From positions 1-64,000 of the IMG/VR virus record IMGVR_UViG_3300033156_000392: a stretch of DNA of 64,000 nt, one strand, 5' to 3'. Shown one piece after another: positions 36,588-46,545 of the stretch (positions are counted from its first letter, which is position 1; each line of letters opens with the position of its first letter). The notes below the pieces were generated by a model. That model searched no databases. It was not told the DNA's origin and was given only the letters and a program-made list of their open reading frames with translations. Origin of the DNA: a virus. Made by a program: the position numbers and the translations under genes.

Positions 36588-36854
36588 ATGGGTGTTACTC
36601 CTAAAGGATTCAGGACTCCTGACGAGAAGGTCATCATAGAGGACGGTAAAGTCCTGAGTAGGGGTGTACAGGTCAAGGACGAGGCTGAAGTGACTGTCTT
36701 TGAAGTAACGGGAGAAGGAAGTGTTTTCCATGGTAAGTCCAAGCATGAGCAAGATCCCTCGGTACTCGGTGGAATCGTCATGTACTCACCGACGAAGAAG
36801 TGGAGACTTACGGTTTCCGATACTGGACAGATCGTCACGACTCAAATCGAGTAG
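36588..36854 (+). CDS. Putative virion/fibre protein
   Basis: C-terminal GIVMYSPTKKWRLTVSDTGQIVT resembles short fibre repeat motifs; RBS. Confidence 0.5.
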   Translation: MGVTPKGFRTPDEKVIIEDGKVLSRGVQVKDEAEVTVFEVTGEGSVFHGKSKHEQDPSVLGGIVMYSPTKKWRLTVSDTGQIVTTQIE

Positions 36855-36857
36855 GAG

Positions 36858-37046
36858 GTGAGTGAAGTGCCTGACATGGTTGAGAGGACTGGTGGAGAAA
36901 CATGGGGAAAGAAAGACGTCACCCTCAATGAGGGACAGACCATAGAAATCCGTGTCGACGGAGTAGCTACAATCACCGCTACTGTCCCTACAGGGAAGAA
37001 GTTTGTCGGAACCTACGGCTACTGGGGCGTCCTAGCTTCTCTCTGA
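36858..37046 (+). CDS. Small beta-rich protein
   Basis: RBS; last gene of the + cassette. Confidence 0.5.
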   Translation: MSEVPDMVERTGGETWGKKDVTLNEGQTIEIRVDGVATITATVPTGKKFVGTYGYWGVLASL

Positions 37047-37235
37047 GCCCTTCAGTCCCTCCGTCCAGTTCAGCTCGTGCAACAATCTTAGGACAATCTG
37101 GAACAGCTCATCCTTTCTGAACTCTGTGTATCTTCTCGAGTCCTTCACCGTCAGAGAGTAGCATGTTCCTCTCTGTATGCCTCCCCAGAAACGCTTTATT
37201 GTTATTTTCTCGTTATCTATGATTTCTGTTCCCAT
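37032..37235 (-). CDS. Hypothetical protein, paralogue B (RFxGG..RG.CYS)
   Basis: Similar to 35564-35749; RBS. Confidence 0.6.
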   Translation of the reverse strand: MGTEIIDNEKITIKRFWGGIQRGTCYSLTVKDSRRYTEFRKDELFQIVLRLLHELNWTEGLKGSERS

Positions 37236-37257
37236 GCTCTACACCTCCTTCTTTTTT

Positions 37258-37740
37258 TTATCTCTCCACTTTCAGCTTCTCAGCCACACTTTTCTTTTCG
37301 GTGGAGAGAAAGACCAAGATCATTCCGAAGACCGATCCAGCCATTGAAGCCATTCCTAGGTCCACCCCTCCCACCCAGAAGTGAATTCCCTCCAGTATCC
37401 CGTACGCCAGCTGAGTTCCAAGCCAGTACAGGCATGCCAGTCTTGCGTAGTAGTCCGGAGCCTCGTCAAGCCACCACAGGTAGAAATACAGGAAGAGAAG
37501 GAAGCATCCAAGACCTCCTATAAATGCTACTGCCACCAGTGTCGCTCCTGAGAGTCCGTCTATGACCGTGTATCCGGAGAAGAAGAGATACTTCACCTCT
37601 GCAGTTCCTCCAAGGGCTCTTGTTAGAGTTGCGTGTCCGTACTCATGGAAAGCTACAGTGACCATGGAGAAGACCAGAAACGCAGTGAGGAAATCGACAA
37701 GGTGAATTATTCGCTCTTTGTTCTTCTTGCTGAGTTTCAT
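37258..37740 (-). CDS. Membrane-embedded zinc metalloprotease-like protein (M50-like)
   Basis: FHEYGH within a TM segment; about 4 TM helices. Confidence 0.65.
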   Translation of the reverse strand: MKLSKKNKERIIHLVDFLTAFLVFSMVTVAFHEYGHATLTRALGGTAEVKYLFFSGYTVIDGLSGATLVAVAFIGGLGCFLLFLYFYLWWLDEAPDYYARLACLYWLGTQLAYGILEGIHFWVGGVDLGMASMAGSVFGMILVFLSTEKKSVAEKLKVER

Positions 37741-38155
37741 AACATCACCTCTCGGTAGCTACTCTTCTCTTTCTCTTATAAGAGCTATGATTGTTTATAA
37801 ACTTCTCGTACTGCTTGGCTGTCCAGCATGCTCCGCAGAGAGGACCTTTCTCGTCTCTGAAGGCATAGACGCCTCCCGGAAGGTCGGAGTGGCACTTATT
37901 ACACTTGTATCCTGTCACAATGCACCCCATCCCTTTCTCTCCATCTCTCTGAGAGCTATTCTCAGACACTTCCTGCACTCCTTCTCGTCACCGTTCGCCA
38001 GTGCCTCTATCGACCAAGCCAGCCACTCTATGCTCTCGGAGTACCAGTCCTTGTCAGCGACTCTCTCTGGGTCAGAGAGTCTTGCTATGAGTCTTGCCAG
38101 ACCAGCTATCAGCTCTCTTCTCTCCCTGTCAGAGTGTAGCTTCATCCTCCTCTCC

Positions 38156-38462
38156 TCAGAATCTCTTTCCGTGCTTGTACTCTCTCTTCTTGTTTCTCTC
38201 CATCTTCTCCAGAATAGCTTTCTCTATGTCCATCTTCCATGCATGGCAGAAGTCCAGAATCCGTATGATGCAGTCAGCAAACTCCTCAGCTATTCTCTCT
38301 TTCCTGTACAATGGTCTTCTGAACTTCTCCAGAGCCTCTGAGAGCTCTGAGTGCATCAGAGCTATGCACTCACCAGGGGCTTCTCTCCGATTCCCAGAAA
38401 CCTTTCTCTACAGCTATTCTGTGTGCCTCCTCCGCAAGCTCTGTGATGCTTTTGTATGTCAT
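38156..38462 (-). pseudogene. MazG-like NTP pyrophosphohydrolase split by a +1 frameshift
   Basis: ATG 38462 reads MTYK...EKGFWESERSP and stops at 38370. The +1 frame continues GECIALMHSELSEALE...EEFADCIIRILD...KMERNKKR. Confidence 0.7.
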
Positions 38463-38549
38463 AAACTCACCTCCTTGAGTGGATAGTGAACATTCTTCGC
38501 TTCTTCCCTTTCCCCACCCAGAACCTGACTTTCTTTCCTTTCTCTCTCC

Positions 38550-38819
38550 TCACTTCTTCACCTTCTTTATTATTTCTCTGAAGAGAGTGGAGTTGTCAAG
38601 CAGGTACTCAGACCCTTTCTCGTCGACAAGTACGGTCCACTTTATTCCTATGTACTTTATTCTCCCTCTCACTCCCATAGCTTCTATGACGTCTCCCGGG
38701 AGGAGCAAAGGATGCATCATCAGTATTAAGCCAGTTAGGAAGTCCACTATTACGTCTTTCAGGACGTACAGGAGAGCTCCAGCAAGAGCGAGAGCCAAGA
38801 CGTCGCTCAAGAGAGTCAC
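38550..38819 (-). CDS. Minimal MscS-like protein (TM plus beta domain)
   Basis: DFLTGLILMMHPLLLPGDVIE..GVRGRIKYIGIKWTVL...LLDNSTL matches the MscS TM3/middle domain pattern. Confidence 0.65.
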   Translation of the reverse strand: MTLLSDVLALALAGALLYVLKDVIVDFLTGLILMMHPLLLPGDVIEAMGVRGRIKYIGIKWTVLVDEKGSEYLLDNSTLFREIIKKVKK

Positions 38820-40482
38820 CTCTTGGAGAGTGGAGATCGGTGAAAGGAAAAGTGACTGAGGCTCATAGAGACGGAATCACCTCCAATGTCTGTGCCGTCT
38901 CTCACCAAAGGGTGGTGATGTGAAACGGTAACCCACGCATTTACCATCCACCGACCTCCAGAGAATGTATGTCTTTCCTCTCTTAAAAGGTTACTGTTGT
39001 TTATAAACTCTGAGTAGTTACTCTTTTATTTCCATGAAAAGAGTATAATCTGATGGAAGAGAAAATATGCTACATATGGCGGTGTCCGAGAAGGGCTGTA
39101 GCTTCTGTAAGAGGTATCTATCTCTGTGAGGAGCACCTAAAGGAGCTCTCTGAGGGCTTCAGAACGGTAGAGCCTAAGAAGAAGGGAAAGTAGCTTCCTG
39201 TGCCTGTAGCTCCAGACCAGTCCTCTTGGAGTGAGTATACTTCTCAGCATCCCTCTGAACTCAGCAGTAGTCCTTATAAGTCTTTTCCCTTCGTCTCTAC
39301 GTCTGTAAGCTGTAGCTGTTGCGGTTTCTTCTTCTGCTCCATGAGGAAGGAGAAGAGGTTCCTCAAGTCTTCCTTGTCAACTGGCTCCATCGTCACTTTC
39401 AGGGCTCCGAGGAGCTTTGTCACGTACGCCACTCCCGCTGGGCACTGCTTTCTGAGTGTTTCTATCTCTTCTATGCTCTCTTTCTTAAGAGGGAAGTATA
39501 TAAGGAATCTGTTCTTGTCGTTCTTCAGTGTTATCTCCCAGTCTATAATTTCCTTCAGCTTCTCCTTCAAGTGGAATCACCTCCCAGTCTTGCTATCACC
39601 AAGCTGTTCACGGATTCTTGGAGTGAGAGAGTTTCTTCTTCCACCCTGAAGTAGAAGGGTGGGTTCCATTTTTCCATGCTCTCGTATCTGAAGGAGTAGA
39701 CCATCTGCCACGCCCCTCTGGCTACTCCGTATAGGAGAAGATACTTCGGGCCTGGACTCTTCAGTGAGAGGAGCTTCATCAGTATCTCTGAGAAAGTGGA
39801 GAGGTCCTCTGGGACGGTGTGCAGAGGAATCTCTATCTTGAACTCACTGGAGGTATAGTTCTTGTTAGCTATCTTGAGAACTACGGGGAGAGTTATGACG
39901 TCTTCGTAGCTCTTCATCTCTTCCTTTCTGACGAAGTCTTTCTTGTCCCTGCTGTAGAGAGCCACTCCCTGTAGCATCTGCTTTCTCACTTTCTCTCCTC
40001 CATCCATCTCTTGAGATCGTACTTGATGTCTCCACACTTCACACAGTGGAAGTATCCTATGCTCTCCATTGGCAGATAGTCATGCTGGCACATGAGTCTA
40101 CTTTTTCTGTAGCTGAGAACGCTCTCAACCTCTCTCTGACACTCCGTACACAGACTGTACAGACTGCAGCTCCCTCTCCTTCCACACCCGTCACACTCTT
40201 CCGTCATCTCTCTTCTCCTCCTCTTTTTTCTTCTCTCTTCTCACCTTCTCGACCTCCTCTGGGAAGAGCTCTGCGAGTACTCCCTGTATCGAGACTGGCT
40301 GGCCACACTTGTCACACTCCAGAGACATGGCCATGCTCTCTCCAAGCTTGTATCCCACGGCCTTGACTCTCTTTGATCCACATCTCTTGCACTTGTACAC
40401 CCTTCTCTCTCCGTGTCTGAAGTCCACCAGCTTGAGCTTCTCTTTCGGTACGTTCAATATCACCATACACATTCACCTCCTT

Positions 40483-41583
40483 TCACTCCTCACTCTCGAA
40501 GACCATAGGAATTTCTATGTTCAGCATAGTTTCTCCCTCCTCTTCCTCCTCTATAGTCTCCTCATCCAAGTCGTCTAAAGAAATTGTTTTTTTATCTTCT
40601 CTCTCCCTTCTGTCTCCGAGTACGGCAATCTCGTACGAAGTCCATTTCTGCTCAGCCATAAATCTTCTCAGCTTGAAGACGAAGACAACGGGAATAGGAA
40701 GGAGAGAGTATGCTCCGAGAAAGGGTAGAAGGACGTAGATGAATCCTGATATAAGAGTTCCGTAGAAGATTGCTGATATGAAGGCGTAGGGAAGCTCCTT
40801 TAGAAGTATCTCGAACATCTGGAGAGGCGTCTTCTTCTTGACTACTTTCTTCCATCCAACGACGTCGTACTCCTCGTCTCCCTTTTTGAGAGTCCCTATG
40901 CTCTCCTCTCTCACCTCCGTCAGGTAGTTTCTCTCCGCCATCCCTGTCTTCAACCACTTCACGTCTCCGGTCTTGTTTATGACCATTGAGTACTGGTAGA
41001 GCTCTCTGTTCAGGAGCTTGTTCTGATCTATTCTGGCCAGTGTCTGTATGGCTCTCTCTCCGGCGTACTGCTTCAGAAAGTCTCTGTCATACTTGTTGTC
41101 TGGACAGCTCTTGCAGACTATGAAGTCGAAGTTGGTTCTCATCTCTACTGGTAATCCATGAAATCTATGTAATCCCATTATAGTGAGAATGTATCCATTA
41201 GTCCTATTACCTAATTCTCTGAATTCATGTCTTATTCTGAAGAACTTGGCCAAGGCTTCCTTCTCCTGTGGGACGAGAGTGACGTCGTCCACGAAGACTA
41301 TCTGGATGGGTTTCTCGTTCAGTGCTCCGTAGCACAGATCGAGTCTTCCAGCCTTTATCTCGAGAGCGTTGACGTTCTTCTCTCCGTATATCTTGCATGC
41401 TTCCTCCACCAGCTTCCTAACTAGCTCCGACTTTCCAGCTCCTTGTCCACCGTAGAGAATGACGTTTCTCCAAATTATGTTGTTGGGCTTGTACGGGAGA
41501 TCGTCTCTTACTGGTATCACCACTTTGTTGTAAGGGGGAAATATCTCTCTCAGAATCTCTCTGTTTCTCGGCTTAGGAGGCAC
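40483..41583 (-). CDS. P-loop ATPase (A32/Zot-like) with C-terminal TM helices
   Basis: YGGQGAGKS, IVFVDD, RIRH, LPVEMRTNFDF; hydrophobic hairpin near the C-terminus. Confidence 0.65.
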   Translation of the reverse strand: MPPKPRNREILREIFPPYNKVVIPVRDDLPYKPNNIIWRNVILYGGQGAGKSELVRKLVEEACKIYGEKNVNALEIKAGRLDLCYGALNEKPIQIVFVDDVTLVPQEKEALAKFFRIRHEFRELGNRTNGYILTIMGLHRFHGLPVEMRTNFDFIVCKSCPDNKYDRDFLKQYAGERAIQTLARIDQNKLLNRELYQYSMVINKTGDVKWLKTGMAERNYLTEVREESIGTLKKGDEEYDVVGWKKVVKKKTPLQMFEILLKELPYAFISAIFYGTLISGFIYVLLPFLGAYSLLPIPVVFVFKLRRFMAEQKWTSYEIAVLGDRREREDKKTISLDDLDEETIEEEEEGETMLNIEIPMVFESEE

Positions 41584-42059
41584 CTCAAGTCACCCACAAC
41601 TCTTTGTCGTCCCTCTCTATCTCCAAGATGAGGGACTTTATTTTTGTTCTCCGTCCTTTCTTGTCGACAGCCTCCACTCTCTTTATTTCTCCGAGGCTGG
41701 AGAGAGAAGTCTCTTGGAGAAGCTCCTTAAGCTCTCTCTCAGTGAGGACGGTCTTCATCTCACCACATGTTTCACTCTTCCTTCCAGATTTATAAACCTT
41801 CACACCATCCACTCTCCGGGAGTCCCTATTTCTCTCCATTTCTTCTTGAGTGACCGTGCCTTTTCCACGGCCTCTTTCTCCTCCCCGAAGACGTGTCTCT
41901 CCTCGTATCTGGCTACCCCTTTCTCGGTCAGACCAGTGGCAACGAGAGTGACTATGCTTCTCTCACCGAACTTCTCTCTCTCTTTCTCGACGTATATTCT
42001 GTAGTGTATACTTTCTGGAAACGCCTTGAAGAGGAAGTCGTCTTCCACGTCAAGAGCCT

Positions 42060-42080
42060 CTAAAATAACTGTTATTTTAG
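42060..42080. promoter_or_regulatory. 21-bp palindromic operator-like site (perfect copy)
   Basis: CTAAAATAAC-T-GTTATTTTAG just upstream of gene start 42048. Confidence 0.75.
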
Positions 42081-42289
42081 CACCTCCTTCTTTCTCTTTC
42101 TCACGTGTATCACCAGTGTTTTCTTCTCTCTGTCGACTACTATTCTCCCCTCAAGATCGTCTTCCTTCTTGAATCCGAGCTGTCTCAAGTAGAACCAAGC
42201 TATGGGGAAGATTCTTGACGCCTTCACTCTCACGAACTTCTTCCACTGCTTCTCTTCATATTTGTTTGTGGAGTCTGTATCCATTCCTA

Positions 42290-42640
42290 TCACGACCCAG
42301 ACTTAACTACTCCGAGTATTCCCAAGTTGAGGATGACGCCAGCTATGAAGGCGAAGGCGAAGAGAACTGCCGTGAGATTGGTAGCCCATATGCCAGTGAG
42401 AGAGAAGACAAAAGGCTCCGCTACCTTCCAAGCGACTAAGAGCTGTAGGAGAACTCCTATGAGAGGGATTAGAGCAAGCAAGACCGTCAAGCTCAAGAAG
42501 AAGCTGTAGAGAAGGGTTGCGAGAAAGCCCGAGACTCCTCCGTATACGAAGTATCCAAGGGAGCCGAGAACTATCCATATTGGTGTGGCTTCCCAACTCT
42601 CCCATATTTTTTTCACTTTTGTCCACTCTCCTACGTTCAT
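42290..42640 (-). CDS. Multi-pass membrane protein
   Basis: 3-4 hydrophobic segments. Confidence 0.6.
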   Translation of the reverse strand: MNVGEWTKVKKIWESWEATPIWIVLGSLGYFVYGGVSGFLATLLYSFFLSLTVLLALIPLIGVLLQLLVAWKVAEPFVFSLTGIWATNLTAVLFAFAFIAGVILNLGILGVVKSGS

Positions 42641-44041
42641 CAGACACCTATCGTCTTCTTGGTTTATAAACCTATTCTTTGTTTATAAACTTCCGTACTT
42701 CTTTTATACGAGAAGCTGGATGCGAAGTGACCTTCTTGTAACGTGTGCGGGAGGAAGGATGAGAGAGATGGTGAGGAGAGGTCTCCAGCACTCTCTCCTG
42801 CACTGTATGAAAGCCGTGTGGAGCCTCTCCTTACCCTTCTTTCTCTCCCAGCTGGCATGTATGTCACCCTCTCTCACCTCTACTCAGAGGCGTTCTCAGT
42901 AGTATTCCTTACCGTCTCCGCTCTGGTCGGCTATGTCCTGTGGCGTAAGGCCGTAGAATCTCACCAAGTCTCTGAGAACGTGTACCTTTGCCTCGTCTCT
43001 GATTAGCTGTTCCACTGGCAGGGTGAAGAAGCCCATGAATATTGATCTCGCCAGCACGTACTTCTTTCTCTCGTCGATGTTCATCTTCTTTATTCTGTCC
43101 AGCACTCTGAACAGCTTGTGTACGAACTCTGAGCAGGCTTTTCCTGTTTCATCGACTAGCTTCCTGATGTCGTCCCTGTCCTTCTCCTCCACTTTCAGGT
43201 CGTTCAGAACCAAGTCCAGAGGGTCTACTCTCTCCTCTGTCTTCTTTTCCTCCACTTCTGTCACTTTCTCTCACCTCCTTTTTCTTTCTCCTTCTCAAGA
43301 CTTTCTTGAGACAGTCCTCGTGGTAGATGCCCACTATTCTCATTGGATTGTATCTGTTTCTTGAGAAGGTTGCCTGAACGAGAGCGTATCCTCTCTCCGT
43401 CTTCTCACCACAGACGGTGCAGAGGAGATTGCTCTCAGACTTCACTTCTCTCTTTCTTGACATCCATCAACCACCTCCTTATTCTGTTGTGCTCTCTTGA
43501 CAGATTGAGAAGTGAGAGTGCCGCTCTTTCACTCTTCCTCTCCACCATCATCATTATCTTGTCCAGATACTCTTTATACGCTTTCACGACGTTCTCCAGG
43601 ATTTCCTCAGTAGAGCTTCCCTCAGTTTCTATCCGCACCGGAGGCACACTCTCCAGTCCAAGAGTCTGCATATATCTCGGCTCTGGATACCATATCGAGA
43701 TGTATTTCTTGAGTGTACGAGCTATCTCTTTCACTTCTTCTCCAAGCTCTTTGAGACTCTCTCTTTTTTTCATTCTTCCTCCTCCCAGATTCTTCTGATG
43801 GTCGTGACCATGTACTTCAAGAGAGCCTTTGCCGGATTCTTTCTGACCTCGTCCTCGTTGACGTCCGCTAGAAGCTCTCCGAGAGTGTAGAGAGACTCTG
43901 CCTGATCGGAGGCTCTGACTATGTCTCTCTCTGAAAGACCTCCATTGAAAGCCTCCACTGCCTCTCTCACTAGGTCTAGAACTAGCTCTTCTATCTCCAT
44001 CTCTCTCTCTTTCCTCCTCTCTCTTTGTTACTCTTCATGGC

Positions 44042-44815
44042 TCACTCCGTCTTCGGTAGGAGAAGGTCGAGAGCCACCGTCTCCAGAATTCTCTCTGCCA
44101 GTAGGTCCAGCTTCTTCTGCTTGTGTATCTCTGACTTGTACTTTCTACTGGTTATGGCTGAAACTATCCTCTGGAAGCAGTCCCAGACAGTCATGTCCTC
44201 TATTTCCTTCTTTTGATGGTCTACGGCTATTCTCTGCTCTATTTTCTCTTTAAGTCTCTCTCCAGCCTTTATTCTCTGAAGAATGGCTGTATACTCCTCG
44301 TAATCAAGTTTTCTCTGTGCTAGCTTCTCCACTATCGGTTTCCAGAGCTCTACGACCTTGTTTACCACCTTGAAGTAGTCCTGTACAGCGACGTCTATCT
44401 TTCCTCTGTGGGTCTTTCTGAAGGGTCTGGTGGCGGCCTTTGGGAGCTTGTAGTGGAAGCCTGTTACTCTGTGCACGAAGTCTATTTTGAGAGCGTTCTT
44501 GCCGTCAGCGGTGTTCATGACCTTTATCCCGACGTCGCTCTCCAGTGGGTACACCGTCATCTGCCCTCTTCCTTCCCAATATATCACTCTCCCCTCGATC
44601 TCCTCCGGAAGGTTCTTGAGTGCCTCTCTGTAGAGATCTCTGAACTGCACCAGCTTGTAGTACTTCGAGACCACCGATATGGCTTTCTTCTTCCCTTTCT
44701 CTCTTATGGCTCTGAGCTCCTTCTGCCTCTCCCAGCTTCCGTTGTCGTCTATGGCTATGTCCGTCATCTCAAGCTCCGGTAGCTCTGCAACTCTCTCCAG
44801 TAGCTCTTTCTTCAC
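44042..44815 (-). CDS. DUF932-like domain protein (putative)
   Basis: ISVVSKYYKLVQF, MNTADG and MTVWDCFQ echo DUF932/945 patterns. Confidence 0.45.
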   Translation of the reverse strand: MKKELLERVAELPELEMTDIAIDDNGSWERQKELRAIREKGKKKAISVVSKYYKLVQFRDLYREALKNLPEEIEGRVIYWEGRGQMTVYPLESDVGIKVMNTADGKNALKIDFVHRVTGFHYKLPKAATRPFRKTHRGKIDVAVQDYFKVVNKVVELWKPIVEKLAQRKLDYEEYTAILQRIKAGERLKEKIEQRIAVDHQKKEIEDMTVWDCFQRIVSAITSRKYKSEIHKQKKLDLLAERILETVALDLLLPKTE

Positions 44816-44828
44816 TTTCTACCACCTC

Positions 44829-45488
44829 CTAATTTAATAGTTTCTTTAGCTCATCTTTAGGGATGAGAGCAATCTTGTCTGAGAACTTCTTCTTACTCTT
44901 CAGGATGAAGGCCTCTCCCTTCCTCAAGACACGTCTGTACTCTCCGAGAAGCTTCTTTCTCCTCTCTACAGCCCTATCGAAGTCCAGCAGGATGTTGAGT
45001 ATCTTTCTATCACTAAGGTCTTCTATGTCCCTTCCACAATTCAGAGACCAGTAGAACTTTTGTACTTTCTTCATAATCTTTATCCCTTCCAATATCACGT
45101 CACCGAACTCCTCCAGTCCTTTCTCTCTGAGCCCGAAGAAGAACGTGTCTGGAAGTCCTTCTGAGAGAACATCTATCCTCTGGACGGTCCGGTACTTGTA
45201 TATTCCACCACGTCTCAGAGTGTACTCTGAGTAGATGGATATTCTATTCTCCCAAGCAATGGCAGAGGCTATGAGATGTACAGTTTCTTCCATTCTCTCC
45301 ATAAGGTCTCTGAGAACGGCTGGACTGATCTCTTTCTCTATCTCTTTCAGTGTCACCACTTTCTCTCTCCTCTCCGATACCAGCCTCTTGTACTCCTTCT
45401 CTTTGAAGAGGTTCACACGTTTCTGGAGGAGGCTTAGAGCCTTCAGCCTCTTCTTGAGCTCTTGGTCAATCATCCTCATCTCTCCCAA
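44829..45488 (-). CDS. Coiled-coil paralogue family member 1
   Basis: DQELKKRLKAL...MEETVHLIASA...LRRGGIY...KKFSDKIALI. Confidence 0.75.
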   Translation of the reverse strand: MGEMRMIDQELKKRLKALSLLQKRVNLFKEKEYKRLVSERREKVVTLKEIEKEISPAVLRDLMERMEETVHLIASAIAWENRISIYSEYTLRRGGIYKYRTVQRIDVLSEGLPDTFFFGLREKGLEEFGDVILEGIKIMKKVQKFYWSLNCGRDIEDLSDRKILNILLDFDRAVERRKKLLGEYRRVLRKGEAFILKSKKKFSDKIALIPKDELKKLLN

Positions 45489-46116
45489 GTGAGTTCAGAG
45501 CTATCTCTGTTGAGAACTTATCGATGATCTCCTCTCTCAGCTCGTCTATCTTCTGTTTCAGAGGGAGTGTTCGTCTGTCTATCTTTCTGAGCTCTCTGAG
45601 CAGCTTCTCCCCTTCTATGAGCGTTTCAAGAGTGTTGTCGAGTGTGTCAACCTTGAAGTAGATAGAGTCCTTCCATACCTTCTTGAAGAGCGTGTCCACG
45701 TGCTTTCTGAGCTTGAGAGAGTATCTGAGAAGCTCTTTCATCCTCTTCATCTTCGTCTTTCTGAGCAGCTCTCGCAAATCTTCTTCATCTATTACGAGAA
45801 GATGTACTCTCTCTGGAGAGTCAGACCAGAATATCCCTTCTCTCGGGACGTATGTGATAGCGTAGTCATCTAACTCCACTTTCACTTTCTCCGTGACCAT
45901 AGCACCAGCCACTCTGTGTATCAGACCTTCTATGGCGTCTGGAAGAGGTGTAACTCTTTCCATCAGCTTCCTCCTGAGTGCAACCAGTTCATCAAGGAGC
46001 TCTCTCTTCTCCTCTTTCATTCTCTTCTTCTCGTCCTCTACGTACTTCTGGAACTCCTTCTCAAGCCTCTGGAGAGTCTTGACTCTCCTCTGTAAATTCC
46101 TGTCCGTTTCTCCCAC
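45466..46116 (-). CDS. Coiled-coil paralogue family member 2
   Basis: IEGLIHRVAG...VPREGIF...DKFSTEIALNSL. Confidence 0.75.
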   Translation of the reverse strand: MGETDRNLQRRVKTLQRLEKEFQKYVEDEKKRMKEEKRELLDELVALRRKLMERVTPLPDAIEGLIHRVAGAMVTEKVKVELDDYAITYVPREGIFWSDSPERVHLLVIDEEDLRELLRKTKMKRMKELLRYSLKLRKHVDTLFKKVWKDSIYFKVDTLDNTLETLIEGEKLLRELRKIDRRTLPLKQKIDELREEIIDKFSTEIALNSLGRDEDD

Positions 46117-46545
46117 CTCTCTATCAGAGTACGTCGGGGTACCTCTCCAGGAGGTACGATGCTGGGTATGGTCTCCCGTCGACTTTCTTCCCGTCTCTCA
46201 GGAGTATTATCACAGCTATTTCGTTGACGTTGTCCAAGAGTATGACGTCACTGGCCAGCTCTGAGGCAATGTTCTCAAAGACCTCCTCTCTAAGCTCTGC
46301 ACCATATCTTTCCAACATTCTCTGGTCCACTCTCATCTCGGTTAGGATGCCCATTCGCAGGCCTTCTATCTCTCTCACTCACTCTACCTCTGTGGTCCAT
46401 AAATAGATGCAAGCGTTTCCACGTTCCATTTCTTCTCTGTACCCACGTTTGAGTTTCTTTCTCTTTTTCTCTGCATCCTTCCTTCTCTTGAATACATAGA
46501 CCTCTTCAACGAGCCCTCTCCACTCCAGAATTACTGCGTACACTT

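Noticed and set aside
38831-38960. tRNA or 5S rRNA gene
   Set aside because: The terminal stem is too long for an acceptor stem; no T-loop GTTC motif, cloverleaf or 5S conserved loops.
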